A stretch of 64,000 nucleotides of DNA from Gammaproteobacteria bacterium (GTDB taxonomy: Bacteria; Pseudomonadota; Gammaproteobacteria; Steroidobacterales; Rariloculaceae), in contig JBDTOT010000020.1 of NCBI GenBank assembly GCA_039933105.1, forward strand, positions 13,682 through 77,681, written 5' to 3'. Shown one piece after another: positions 9,444-18,512 of the stretch. Position 1 is the stretch's first letter; each line of letters begins with the position of its first letter. The translations under genes were made by a program, and so were the position numbers. The notes under the pieces are model-generated. The model saw only the letters and a program-made list of their open reading frames with translations. It had not been told where the DNA came from and ran no database searches.

Positions 9444-10214
9444 ATGCAACGAGTCATCGTTCTCAACCCTAAGGGCGGCTCCGGCAAGACCACCATCGCG
9501 AGCAACCTTGCCGCGTGCTTCGCCGTCGGCGGCCGTCGGCCCGCGCTGCTCGACTTGGACCCGCAAGGATCCAGCATGCGCTGGCTGCGCAAGCGCCCCG
9601 ACGAGAGCGCGCCCATCCATGGCATCGCCGGATTCGAGCGCACGGGCGCCGTCACTCGCAGCTGGCAAATGCGGATCCCGGCCGAATGCGGGGTGGTAAT
9701 CGTCGATACTCCGGCCGCCGTCGAACCGCAGGCGTTGCCGGAACTCATTCGCGGGGCCGACGCCGTGCTCGTCCCCGTCATGCCCTCCGAGATCGACATT
9801 CACGCAACCGCGAAGTGCATCGCGGACTTGTTGCTCGTGGCGAAGATCCGACGCTCCGAGAATCGCATCGGCATCATCGCCAATCGCGTGCGCGCCAATA
9901 CGCTCGTGTCGCAGGCGTTGATGCGTTTCTTGGGAAGCCTGGATATCCCGCTCGTGACCACGTTGCGCGACACGCAGAACTACATTCGTTCCGCTGAAGC
10001 GGGTGTTGGTGTGTGCGAGATGCCGCGCTGGCAAGTTCAACAGGATCTCGAGCACTGGCAACCGCTATTGACCTGGCTCGCGGATAAGCATCACGGCCAA
10101 CAGCCGGCTGCGGCGGCAAGTAGTGTCAGTGGAATCGAACGTAGGGAATCGGCCGCCGCGATCAAGGCACCGTTCGACATCGCTGCCGCGGGTGCCGGCG
10201 TCCTAAGCTCTTAG
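9444..10214 (+). CDS. ParA family ATPase (orphan, no parB nearby)
   Basis: Deviant Walker A KGGSGKTT, DLDPQGS, VIVDTPA, VPVMPSEID. Confidence 0.9.
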   Translation: MQRVIVLNPKGGSGKTTIASNLAACFAVGGRRPALLDLDPQGSSMRWLRKRPDESAPIHGIAGFERTGAVTRSWQMRIPAECGVVIVDTPAAVEPQALPELIRGADAVLVPVMPSEIDIHATAKCIADLLLVAKIRRSENRIGIIANRVRANTLVSQALMRFLGSLDIPLVTTLRDTQNYIRSAEAGVGVCEMPRWQVQQDLEHWQPLLTWLADKHHGQQPAAAASSVSGIERRESAAAIKAPFDIAAAGAGVLSS

Positions 10215-10450
10215 CTGTCTTTCCAACCCTGGCGGACCTTGTCGGCCCACGTATGGTAGCCGCGCCAGCTGTAGATCGAGTGGTCGAGCGGCGCCCGTTC
10301 CGCGGTGGCCTTCGGGCTCACGCGCGACAGCCACTTACGGTACGCGTCCCAGCCCTGCTGCTCGTCGGTGCCGCTGCGCTGCGCTTCGCCGGAGCCACTG
10401 TCCTTCGGGAACAAGGCCGGTCGGAACTGATGGGGTTTGTGCTCGCTCAT
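10211..10450 (-). CDS. Hypothetical Trp/Tyr-rich small protein (79 aa)
   Basis: ORF with patterned GWDAYRKWL and YSWRGYHTWADKV segments; stop overlaps the parA stop. Confidence 0.6.
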   Translation of the reverse strand: MSEHKPHQFRPALFPKDSGSGEAQRSGTDEQQGWDAYRKWLSRVSPKATAERAPLDHSIYSWRGYHTWADKVRQGWKDS

Positions 10451-10607
10451 CGCCTGCTGACAATCCCTTGTCGAGTTGCAGCAAGGCTACGCCGGAAAAG
10501 CTTTGACCCCCAGGAACTGAATCACAAACACTCCGGCGAGTTGTGCTTGTGATAACAAAGCGCTGTGTACGTTTTACGATAACGCCGGCGCGCGAACACG
10601 CGCTGCA

Positions 10608-11960
10608 TCACACAGCGATGCGATAACAGGGAACGTAATCGCCCACGAGACGCATGCGGCCGGCCGCGACGAAATCCTTCAGCAGTGCACCGAGCTCAGC
10701 GATGATGTGTGGGTCGCCGTGTAGCTCGAAGGGCCCGTGCTTCTCGACGTGCGCAATGCCCGCAGCACGAACGTTGCCGGCGACGATGCCTGAAAACGCG
10801 CGACGCAGGTTCAACGCGAGCCGGTCTGCCGACTGATCACGATGCAGCTCGAGGCTTCGCATCGACGCGTGCGTGGCCTCGAACGGCTGTTGAAAGTCGA
10901 GGCCCACGTTTAACGCCCAGTTGAAAAAATAGGCCGTATCTCCGGCCGCCCGCTGCTCTTTGACCTTCTGGAGACCGCGTGTGACCTCCACCGCCACGGC
11001 CGCCGGATCGCCGAGCACCAGGTTGTACCGTTGCTGCGCCTTTGTGCCCAACGTCTTGCCGATGAAGTCGTGCAGTCGCTCGAAATATCGCCTGCTCGAG
11101 GCCGGCCCCGTAAACACGAGCGGCAAGTTCACGTGCTCGTTCTCCGGGTTCAGCAGGATGCCGAGCAGGTACAGAATTTCCTCCGCGGTACCCACGCCGC
11201 CCGGGAACACGACGATCGCGTGTGCCATACGCACGAACGCCTCGAGCCGTTTCTCCATGTCGGGCAGGATCACGAGCTCGTTGACGATGGCATTCGGCGA
11301 CTCGGCAGCGATGATCGTCGGCTCGGTGAGCCCGAGATAACGTCCCGTGCGAATGCGCTGCTTCGCGTGACCGACGGTGGCGCCCTTCATTGGGCCTTTC
11401 ATCGCCCCGGCGCCGCACCCCGTGCAGATGTCGAGGCCTTCGAGCCCGAGCTCATAGCCCACGACCTTGGTGTAGTCGTATTCCTCGCGCTCGATCGCGT
11501 GGCCGCCCCAACACACTACGAGTCGCGGCTCCTCGTGTGCGCGCAGCACGCGGGCGTTGCGCAAGATGTGGAAAACGCCATCCGTGATGCCGGCGGAGCT
11601 CGTGAGATCGAAGCGCGGGTTGTGCAGCACGTCGTCGTGCGCAAATAAGAGATCGCGCAATACGGCAAACAGGTGCTCACGAATGCCGCGAATCATCTCG
11701 TTGCCGACGAAGGCAGCGTTCGGTGCGTTCTTGAGCTCGATCGCAACACCGCCCTCGTACTGCACAACGGCGATTCGAAAACTCTGGTAACGGCGCAGTA
11801 GTTGGCGCACGTCGTCGTCTGGAGAGCCGGAGTTCAGCACCGCCAGTGAGCACTGACGCCACAAGTCGTACAGGCTGCCTTCGCCGGCCTCGCGAAGTTG
11901 GTTCATCTCGGCCCGCGAGAGAATCTCCAGGCTGCCGGCAGGGGCAATCAGCGCGTCCAT
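10608..11960 (-). CDS. ppnN: Nucleotide 5'-monophosphate nucleosidase PpnN (YgdH, LOG family)
   Basis: VVCWGGH, CTGCGAGAMKGPMKGA, IAAESPN, PGGVGTAEE. Confidence 0.93.
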   Translation of the reverse strand: MDALIAPAGSLEILSRAEMNQLREAGEGSLYDLWRQCSLAVLNSGSPDDDVRQLLRRYQSFRIAVVQYEGGVAIELKNAPNAAFVGNEMIRGIREHLFAVLRDLLFAHDDVLHNPRFDLTSSAGITDGVFHILRNARVLRAHEEPRLVVCWGGHAIEREEYDYTKVVGYELGLEGLDICTGCGAGAMKGPMKGATVGHAKQRIRTGRYLGLTEPTIIAAESPNAIVNELVILPDMEKRLEAFVRMAHAIVVFPGGVGTAEEILYLLGILLNPENEHVNLPLVFTGPASSRRYFERLHDFIGKTLGTKAQQRYNLVLGDPAAVAVEVTRGLQKVKEQRAAGDTAYFFNWALNVGLDFQQPFEATHASMRSLELHRDQSADRLALNLRRAFSGIVAGNVRAAGIAHVEKHGPFELHGDPHIIAELGALLKDFVAAGRMRLVGDYVPCYRIAV

Positions 11961-11979
11961 GGGCGTGGTCTCGTGGGAA

Positions 11980-12498
11980 CTAGGGCCGAATCTCTATGGG
12001 AGTGGACTCGCGTGTCATGAGCCAGATGTCGACCATGTCCGCATTTCTGACGCCGATGCAACCGTCGGTCCAGTCTCCGTCGTAGTGGCCGAGCTCGTAG
12101 TGCGGCTCGTTGGGCCAGCCATGAATCATGATAAGCCCCCCTGGATCGACTCGCGACTTGCGCGCCTGCGCCCGATCGGCGTCGGAGGGATAAGAAATTT
12201 GGATGGAAAGAAAGTAGTCGCTGTTCGCGTTGCGCGCCTCGAGATGATAGTTACCTTCGGGCGTCCGAAAGTCACCTTCGCGACGCTTGGGGCCTTTGGG
12301 GAACACGCCGAGCGCGATATCGATCGCGCGCAATTCGCGGCCGGCCTTCATCAGATACAACTTGCGCTCGGATTTTACGACCAGCACCAAATCCGCTTGA
12401 TCGGGCATCGCGACGACTTGCTCGCCACTGGCGATCCGACCCAAGGGCAGCAATGCGAGCGCGCACAGGAGGGCTGGAATCGACCGGACTTTGTTCAT
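11980..12498 (-). CDS. L,D-transpeptidase/YkuD family protein (YafK/DpaA-like)
   Basis: Signal peptide, VVKSERKL, GPKRREGDFRTPEG, IMIHG...WTDGCI catalytic His/Cys; start set at MNKVRS. Confidence 0.87.
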   Translation of the reverse strand: MNKVRSIPALLCALALLPLGRIASGEQVVAMPDQADLVLVVKSERKLYLMKAGRELRAIDIALGVFPKGPKRREGDFRTPEGNYHLEARNANSDYFLSIQISYPSDADRAQARKSRVDPGGLIMIHGWPNEPHYELGHYDGDWTDGCIGVRNADMVDIWLMTRESTPIEIRP

Positions 12499-12587
12499 CC
12501 GGCCAGACTCTAGATCAATCGCTTCGAAAATAGCAACGCAGGAAGTCGCAGCGCGAGCGAGGCGCACGCACGCCTCGCTCGGCCAGT

Positions 12588-13472
12588 TCACTCTCCTCGC
12601 TGCAACGCCGCGATGCGTTCCTCGAGCGGCGGATGCGACATGAACAGACGGCGCAGTCCAGTGGCCGGACCGCTCGCGATGCCGAACGCCTGCAACGCTT
12701 CGGGCAACTGAGCCGGCTGATGCACGCGCTGCAGACCTTGGAGCGCACTGATCATCGATTGGCGTCCCGCCAGTTTCGCGCCGCCCGCGTCGGCACGAAA
12801 CTCACGCTGTCGTGAGTACCACATCACGATCATGCTCGCCAAAATGCCGAGCAGCATCTGCGCGACCAGGCTTGCTATGAAAAAACCGGCGCCGCCACCG
12901 CGCTCGTTGCGGAGCAACACGCGATCGACGACGAAGCCCACGATCCGCGACAGAAACACCACGAAAGTGTTCAGAACGCCCTGCAGCAAGGTCAGCGTGA
13001 CCATATCGCCGTTGGCGACGTGCGTAATCTCGTGCCCCAGCACGGCGTCGACCTCGCCCTGCCCAAGCCGTTGCAACAGCCCGGTGCTCACCGCGACGAG
13101 CGCGTTGTTGCGAGTCGGGCCAGTCGCGAACGCATTCACGTCAGGCGAGTCGTAGATCGCAACCTGCGGCCGGCGGATGTTCGCCGCATCGGCATGCCGG
13201 TAGACCGTGCTCACGAGCCAGCTCTCGGTCGAGTTCCGGGGCGTATCGATCACACGCGCGCCGGTCGACATCTTGGCGAGCCACTTCGACATGGCGAGCG
13301 AGATCAGGGAACCCGAAAATCCCACTACGGCCGAGAAGACGAGCAGGTTGCCGAGATCCAACGAGCTGCCGTTGCGCGCCAGCACTTGATCGACGCCGAA
13401 GATGTTCAGCACGACATAGATGACGGCCAAAACCGCCACGTTGGTGAGCGCAAACAGAAACACTCTCTTCAT
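12588..13472 (-). CDS. htpX: Zinc metalloprotease HtpX
   Basis: MKRVFLF, NAFATG, HEITH, SRQREFRAD, SHPPLEERI. Confidence 0.97.
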   Translation of the reverse strand: MKRVFLFALTNVAVLAVIYVVLNIFGVDQVLARNGSSLDLGNLLVFSAVVGFSGSLISLAMSKWLAKMSTGARVIDTPRNSTESWLVSTVYRHADAANIRRPQVAIYDSPDVNAFATGPTRNNALVAVSTGLLQRLGQGEVDAVLGHEITHVANGDMVTLTLLQGVLNTFVVFLSRIVGFVVDRVLLRNERGGGAGFFIASLVAQMLLGILASMIVMWYSRQREFRADAGGAKLAGRQSMISALQGLQRVHQPAQLPEALQAFGIASGPATGLRRLFMSHPPLEERIAALQRGE

Positions 13473-13483
13473 CTTCGCTCCAA

Positions 13484-13506
13484 TGTTTCTCGAACCCCGA
13501 GAAACA
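13484..13506. promoter_or_regulatory. Perfect 9-bp inverted repeat in the htpX leader next to the Shine-Dalgarno sequence
   Basis: TGTTTCTCG-AACCC-CGAGAAACA; a sigma32-like CTTGAA lies at 13543-13538 on the minus strand. Confidence 0.5.
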
Positions 13507-13606
13507 ATGATCAGTAATAGTGACGCAGATGGATGGTTTCAAGCGGCGACCGGACAGCGCCGTGCAACTGTTAAGATTCCTCTCGTTGCCATCGAACCGA
13601 ACGCAC

Positions 13607-14545
13607 ATGGCCTCCGACCGGTCCCAAAACATGAAGTTCGCTGCACTACGCTATGCCGTCGTTTGGCTCGGCTATGCGGCGATGCGGGCCGTTACCTGCC
13701 TGCCGTTCGCGTGGCAGCTGGCATTGGGCCGCGGCTTCGGCCGGTTAATGCGGCTGCTGACGCCGGAACGCCGACGGGTCGTCGCCCGTAACCTCGAGGC
13801 CTGCTTTCCTGCATTGCCGCCGGAGGAGCGAGCGCGCATATCTGCTAAACACTTCGAGGCGCTCGGCGCGTCGATGATTGAAATGGGCATGGGCTGGTTT
13901 GGTTCACCGGAAACCGTGCGCAATCTCGTACACGTAGAAGGTCGCGAACATCTTGCGGCTGCGCTTGCGAAGGGCCGCGGCGTGATTCTGTTCTCGGCCC
14001 ACTTCACGACTTTCGAGTTCTTCTGGCCGGCGCTCGCACCCATGTGCACACGGCTATGCGGCATGTACAAAGAGCAACGCAACCCGGTCATGAACCGCAT
14101 CATGAACAAAGGTCGCGGCCGCTTTTACGACACGTTGTTCGCAAAAGACAGCCTGCGGGAAATGCTCCGCGCCCTGCGCGACAATGCCGTGGTGTGGTAC
14201 GCCTCCGATCAGAGCTACGGCGGCAAGAGCAGCGCACTGATCCCGTTCTTCAGTGAGCCGGCTATGACGAACACCGCGATCAGCCGCATCGCGAAAGCCA
14301 GCGGCGCCGTGGTGCTGCCGTACTTTTGCCGCCGGCTGCCGGACGATACCTACGTCATGAACTTCGGTGCTCCGTTGCCGAGTCTGCCGAGCGAGGACGA
14401 AGTGCAGGACACCCGCCGCCTGACGCAGGTGCTCGAGAGCTACATTCGCCTCTGCCCCGAACAGTACTGGTGGATCCACCGACGCTTCAAGGGGCGCCCC
14501 GCACCGCTGCCGGATTTGTACGCTGCGCCACGAGCATCCGCGTGA
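13607..14545 (+). CDS. lpxL: Lipid A late acyltransferase (LpxL/HtrB family), paralogue 1
   Basis: HFTTFE (HX4D/E), WYASDQSYG, PFF, QYWWIHRRFK; start approximate. Confidence 0.88.
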   Translation: MASDRSQNMKFAALRYAVVWLGYAAMRAVTCLPFAWQLALGRGFGRLMRLLTPERRRVVARNLEACFPALPPEERARISAKHFEALGASMIEMGMGWFGSPETVRNLVHVEGREHLAAALAKGRGVILFSAHFTTFEFFWPALAPMCTRLCGMYKEQRNPVMNRIMNKGRGRFYDTLFAKDSLREMLRALRDNAVVWYASDQSYGGKSSALIPFFSEPAMTNTAISRIAKASGAVVLPYFCRRLPDDTYVMNFGAPLPSLPSEDEVQDTRRLTQVLESYIRLCPEQYWWIHRRFKGRPAPLPDLYAAPRASA

Positions 14546-15495
14546 GCCCGGAAAAGCGTCCGCGCATGCCGCCCGAATTCTCACTCGCGCCGTTCTGGGC
14601 GCCGCGCTACTGGCCCACGTGGCTGCTGCTCGGCGCTTTGCATCTCGCAGCGCGATTGCCCGTTAGCTGGCAGCTGAAGGTCGGTTTCGGTCTCGGTCGC
14701 TTGTTGCTGCCGCTGAACCCGCGCCAGCGACGCGTCGCTCGCCGCAATATCGATCTGTGCTTTCCCGAACTCTCTCTCGACGAGCGCCGCGCCCTGTTGG
14801 CCCGGCACTTCGAAGCGGTCGGTATGTCGTTCGTCGAGATGGGCGTCGGCTGGTTCACGCCGATAGATCGGCTGCTGACACGCGTCGAGATCGCGGGGCG
14901 TGAGCACCTCGACACCGCACTCGCAGCCGGCAAAGGCGCGCTGCTGTTTACCGCGCATTTCACGACGCTCGAAGTCGGGGTCGCTGTGCTCGAACGGCTG
15001 ACGCCACAGGCGAGCTGCATGTATCGCCCCCAGCGCAACGCGATGATGGACGTGATGATCTTGCGCGGCCGAAACAGATTCGCGACGGATCAGATTCCGC
15101 GCGACAACGTGCGTCTGTTACTGCGCAATTTGCGCGACAACTACGCCGTCGTTTACCTGCCAGACCAGACGTACCTCGGCAAACAAAGCGAGCTGCTGCC
15201 GTTCTTCGGCGAGCCAGCGGTAACCAACACGGCGACCGGCAAGCTCGCAAAGATCAGCGGCGCCGCCGTGCTGCCGTATTTTTTTAGGCGCCTGCCGAAC
15301 GGACGCTACCGCGTCGACATTGGCCCGCCACTACCGGGCTTGCCCACCGACGACGCCAATGCGGATACGGCGCGGCTATTCGGCGCGCTCGAGAGCTACA
15401 TTCGCCTGGCGCCCGAGCAGTACCTCTGGTTGTACAAGAAATTCAAAGGCCGGCCCACCCCGCACCCCGACGTCTATACGCGAGTGGCAGGCTAG
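14542..15495 (+). CDS. lpxL: Lipid A late acyltransferase (LpxL/HtrB family), paralogue 2
   Basis: GTGA overlap with paralogue 1; PRYWPTW, HFTTLE, YLPDQTY, QYLWLYKKFK. Confidence 0.88.
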   Translation: MSPEKRPRMPPEFSLAPFWAPRYWPTWLLLGALHLAARLPVSWQLKVGFGLGRLLLPLNPRQRRVARRNIDLCFPELSLDERRALLARHFEAVGMSFVEMGVGWFTPIDRLLTRVEIAGREHLDTALAAGKGALLFTAHFTTLEVGVAVLERLTPQASCMYRPQRNAMMDVMILRGRNRFATDQIPRDNVRLLLRNLRDNYAVVYLPDQTYLGKQSELLPFFGEPAVTNTATGKLAKISGAAVLPYFFRRLPNGRYRVDIGPPLPGLPTDDANADTARLFGALESYIRLAPEQYLWLYKKFKGRPTPHPDVYTRVAG

Positions 15496-16232
15496 CGCGT
15501 CGCACTGGCCGCCGCGGGCTGGTCGTAGCCACGCTTGAGTTCGCCCCAGGCTTCGGCATCGAACGCGGTGCCGGTCTCGAGCGCGACCTTGCGTAGCGAG
15601 CGCTGCAACCGCTCGAGGCCGAGTCGCTGCCAATCACCAGCCGGTTTCGAGCGCGCATTGTCGAAGTCCACGAGGAACACGTCGCCGCGATCGTCGATCA
15701 GTAGGTTGTGTGCGGTCACGTCCGGATGATCGACGCCGTGATTGTGAACCGACCGCACGACGCCGCCGATCTTGTGCCAGCACTCAGGGGGCACCTGGCC
15801 CTGCGCGATGAACCAGGAAAGCTTCCGTGTATCCGGCAGGTAGGACGTAATGATATCGGCGGTGTAGATCGCGCCCGTGCGATACACGTGCGCGGCCACG
15901 GGACTCGGCACCGGCAAGCCCGCTGCGCGCAGGCCCCGAAGCAACCGCCACTCGCGGAACGCGCGCGTGCGCTCGAGCCCGAGCCAGAGGTAGTGATCTT
16001 CGACGAACCGTGCGACGAGCCCGCCGCGGTGGTAATGCCGCAGCACCCAGCGATCATCGCCGTGGGCAACGATCAGCACCTCGCCGCGCCCGGACGTCTC
16101 GAGCGCCACGGCACCAGCTCGCTGCCATTCGCCGGCATCAAACCACCCGGGCACGGGCACCTCACCGAGTGAAACGGCTGCCAACATCGCGTGCCTGCCG
16201 CTGCGCACTATCAGCGCGTCAACCATCGACAC
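15492..16232 (-). CDS. kdkA: 3-deoxy-D-manno-octulosonic acid (Kdo) kinase
   Basis: VLRHYHRGG, RAFREWRLL, HPDVTAHNLL, LVDFD, RLQRSLRK. Confidence 0.88.
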   Translation of the reverse strand: MSMVDALIVRSGRHAMLAAVSLGEVPVPGWFDAGEWQRAGAVALETSGRGEVLIVAHGDDRWVLRHYHRGGLVARFVEDHYLWLGLERTRAFREWRLLRGLRAAGLPVPSPVAAHVYRTGAIYTADIITSYLPDTRKLSWFIAQGQVPPECWHKIGGVVRSVHNHGVDHPDVTAHNLLIDDRGDVFLVDFDNARSKPAGDWQRLGLERLQRSLRKVALETGTAFDAEAWGELKRGYDQPAAASATR

Positions 16233-17280
16233 GGCCTCGCGCGGGCAAGTCGCGCGCTCGCCTGAGTTGCGCGAGTGCGGCTTCCACGCGCTCGACCGAG
16301 ATCTCTGTCAGGCAACGCAGATGACCGAGCGGGCACTCCCGCTCAAAGCATGGGCTGCACTCGATGCCGAGATACACGACCGCCGCAGACGCCGTAAGCG
16401 GTGGTGTGAGCTCGGGGGATGACGAGCCGTAGATCGCCACGACCGGCGTGCCGCTTGCCGCCGCGACATGCAGGAGACCGGAGTCGTTACTGACCGCCGC
16501 GTCGGCGGCGGCGGCGAGGTCGATGACATCTGCCAGCGACGTGGTGCCGCAGAGATTGCGCACCCGCGATTGTCCAGCAGCGGCCGCTATCTCGTCGCCA
16601 AGGGGGCGCTCCTTCGCTGAGCCGAGCACGATGACGTTTGTCCCTCCACCCGCGAGCCACCGAGCGAGCTCCGCAAAACGCGCCGCGGGCCAGCGTTTCG
16701 CTGCACCGTATTCCGCTCCCGGCATCAGCGCGATCAGCGGCTCGCGCGCGCTGAGACCGTGCTCGGCGCGCAACCGCTCCTGATTTGCCGCGCTGACACT
16801 CAGGCGCGGATACAGATCCGCAGGCAACGCCGCCGCCAGCTCGTCAGGTTCGCGACCTAGCGCGACGAAGCGCTTGACGGTTTGGTCGAACGACGCGCTT
16901 TGCACTCGTACGTCGTTCAGTAGCCCGTAGCGCCACTCCCCGCGGAATCCGGTGCGCCGAGGCACGCGCGCTAACCAAGGCACGAGCGCAGCCTTCGCGG
17001 AGCGCGGCAACACGATCGCACGCGAATAGTTTTCACCGCGCAGCTGGCGGCCGAGCGCACGGCGGCGGCCGATACCGAGCTCACCGTGAGCGACCGCGAG
17101 CTCTATTCCTCGCGTAACTTCGGGCATGCGCTCGAGCACGGGCAGCGACCACGGCGGCGCAACGACGTGAATTTCAGCGGCGGCGTTGCGCTGCTTCAGC
17201 AGCCGGTAGAGTGCTTGCGCCATGACCATGTCGCCGACCCACGAAGGTCCGACGACGAGCACCTTGTCGGACTGCGTCAC
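16219..17280 (-). CDS. waaF: LPS heptosyltransferase II
   Basis: VVGPSWVGDMVM, GFRGEWRYGLLND, PGAEYGAAKRWP, SNDSGLLHVAAA. Confidence 0.95.
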   Translation of the reverse strand: MTQSDKVLVVGPSWVGDMVMAQALYRLLKQRNAAAEIHVVAPPWSLPVLERMPEVTRGIELAVAHGELGIGRRRALGRQLRGENYSRAIVLPRSAKAALVPWLARVPRRTGFRGEWRYGLLNDVRVQSASFDQTVKRFVALGREPDELAAALPADLYPRLSVSAANQERLRAEHGLSAREPLIALMPGAEYGAAKRWPAARFAELARWLAGGGTNVIVLGSAKERPLGDEIAAAAGQSRVRNLCGTTSLADVIDLAAAADAAVSNDSGLLHVAAASGTPVVAIYGSSSPELTPPLTASAAVVYLGIECSPCFERECPLGHLRCLTEISVERVEAALAQLRRARDLPARGRVDG

Positions 17281-18224
17281 GCTGGCCGGCCGAGTGCGTC
17301 GAGATATGCCCTGACCCCGGCGCTCACACCGCGAAACGGCGCGGTGTAACCGGCCTCACGCAACGCGACGATATCGGCCTGAGTGAAGCTCTGGTAACGA
17401 CTCATAAGCTCGGCAGGAAACGGGATGTAACGGATCGCGCCTTTGCCGTGCCAGGCGATAACGGCGTTCGCCACATCGTTGAATGTGGCGCTGGCACCGG
17501 TACCGAGGTTGAAGATGCCGGACGGACCGCGCTGCTCGTAAAACCAGAGGTTCACGGCAGCTACGTCGCCCACATATACGAAATCGCGGCGCTGCTCGCC
17601 CGCCGCGTAGCCCCCGCTGCCTTCGAACAACCGCGCCTCGCCGGTGGCGCCAACTTGCCCATTCAAATGGAAAGCCACGCTCGCCATCGAGCCTTTGTGA
17701 GTCTCGCCAGGGCCGTACACGTTGAAGTACCGCAACCCGACGATCGGCGCGCGCGCCTCGGCGAAGCGGCGGCGCACGTGCTGATCGAATAGCAGCTTCG
17801 AGTAGCCGTAAACGTTCAGAGGCCGTTCCACGCTCGGATCGGCCTCCTTGAACGTGGTGCTCGCGCCGTATACCGCAGCCGACGACGCGTAAATCAATGG
17901 CACGGCGTTGGCAATGCAGTAGTCGAGTAAATCTACGGAGTAACGATAGTTCGTTTCGAGAACATAGCGGCCGTTCCACTCGGTGGTCACGGCGCACGCA
18001 CCCTGGTGGAAGATCGCATCGATCTTCCCGAGAGCGCGGGATTTTAGGCGACCGAGGAAATCATCCTTGTCGAAGTAGTCGGCGATATCACAACCGACGA
18101 GATTCGCGAACTTCCGGCCGTCGGTCATGTCGTCGACGACGACCACGTCGTCGTGCCCGCGGCTATTCAGTTCGCCGACGACGTTGCTTCCAATGAACCC
18201 GGCGCCGCCGGTAACTACGATCAT
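17277..18224 (-). CDS. hldD: ADP-L-glycero-D-manno-heptose 6-epimerase
   Basis: MIVVTGGAGFIGSN, YASSAAVYG, LNVYGYSK, LRYFNVYGP. Confidence 0.97.
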   Translation of the reverse strand: MIVVTGGAGFIGSNVVGELNSRGHDDVVVVDDMTDGRKFANLVGCDIADYFDKDDFLGRLKSRALGKIDAIFHQGACAVTTEWNGRYVLETNYRYSVDLLDYCIANAVPLIYASSAAVYGASTTFKEADPSVERPLNVYGYSKLLFDQHVRRRFAEARAPIVGLRYFNVYGPGETHKGSMASVAFHLNGQVGATGEARLFEGSGGYAAGEQRRDFVYVGDVAAVNLWFYEQRGPSGIFNLGTGASATFNDVANAVIAWHGKGAIRYIPFPAELMSRYQSFTQADIVALREAGYTAPFRGVSAGVRAYLDALGRPA

Positions 18225-18243
18225 GGCGGCGAGCGCTAACCCG

Positions 18244-18468
18244 TCATCGCGGGCTGTCGCCGATCAGGCGGTACGTCGAGCTGCAATAGGGGCATTTTGC
18301 CTCGCCCGTGACCTCGACCGGCAGGTAGACCTTAGGGTGGGAGTTCCACAGATACATGCTCGGTTGTGGGCAGTGCAACGGAAGATCGGCACGCGTGACC
18401 TCGTAGACCCGTTCCGCGTTGGCCGCTTCGAGCTGTTCCCCCACCCTGCCGTGACGTTCGCGCACCAC
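18244..18468 (-). CDS. zf-CHCC zinc-finger protein
   Basis: LHCP...WNSHPKVYL...AKCPYC; GTG start after AGGAG (an ATG coupled to glnE at 18516 is the alternative). Confidence 0.82.
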   Translation of the reverse strand: MVRERHGRVGEQLEAANAERVYEVTRADLPLHCPQPSMYLWNSHPKVYLPVEVTGEAKCPYCSSTYRLIGDSPR

Positions 18469-18492
18469 TAATCTCCTGATTCGTGCCGCGGG

Positions 18493-18498
18493 ATTATA
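18493..18498 (-). promoter_or_regulatory. Consensus sigma70 -10 box upstream of zf-CHCC-hldD-waaF-kdkA
   Basis: Minus strand GGGTATAATCCCGCGG followed by an AGGAG RBS; no good -35 seen. Confidence 0.5.
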
Positions 18499-18512
18499 CC
18501 CGTGGCGCTGGA

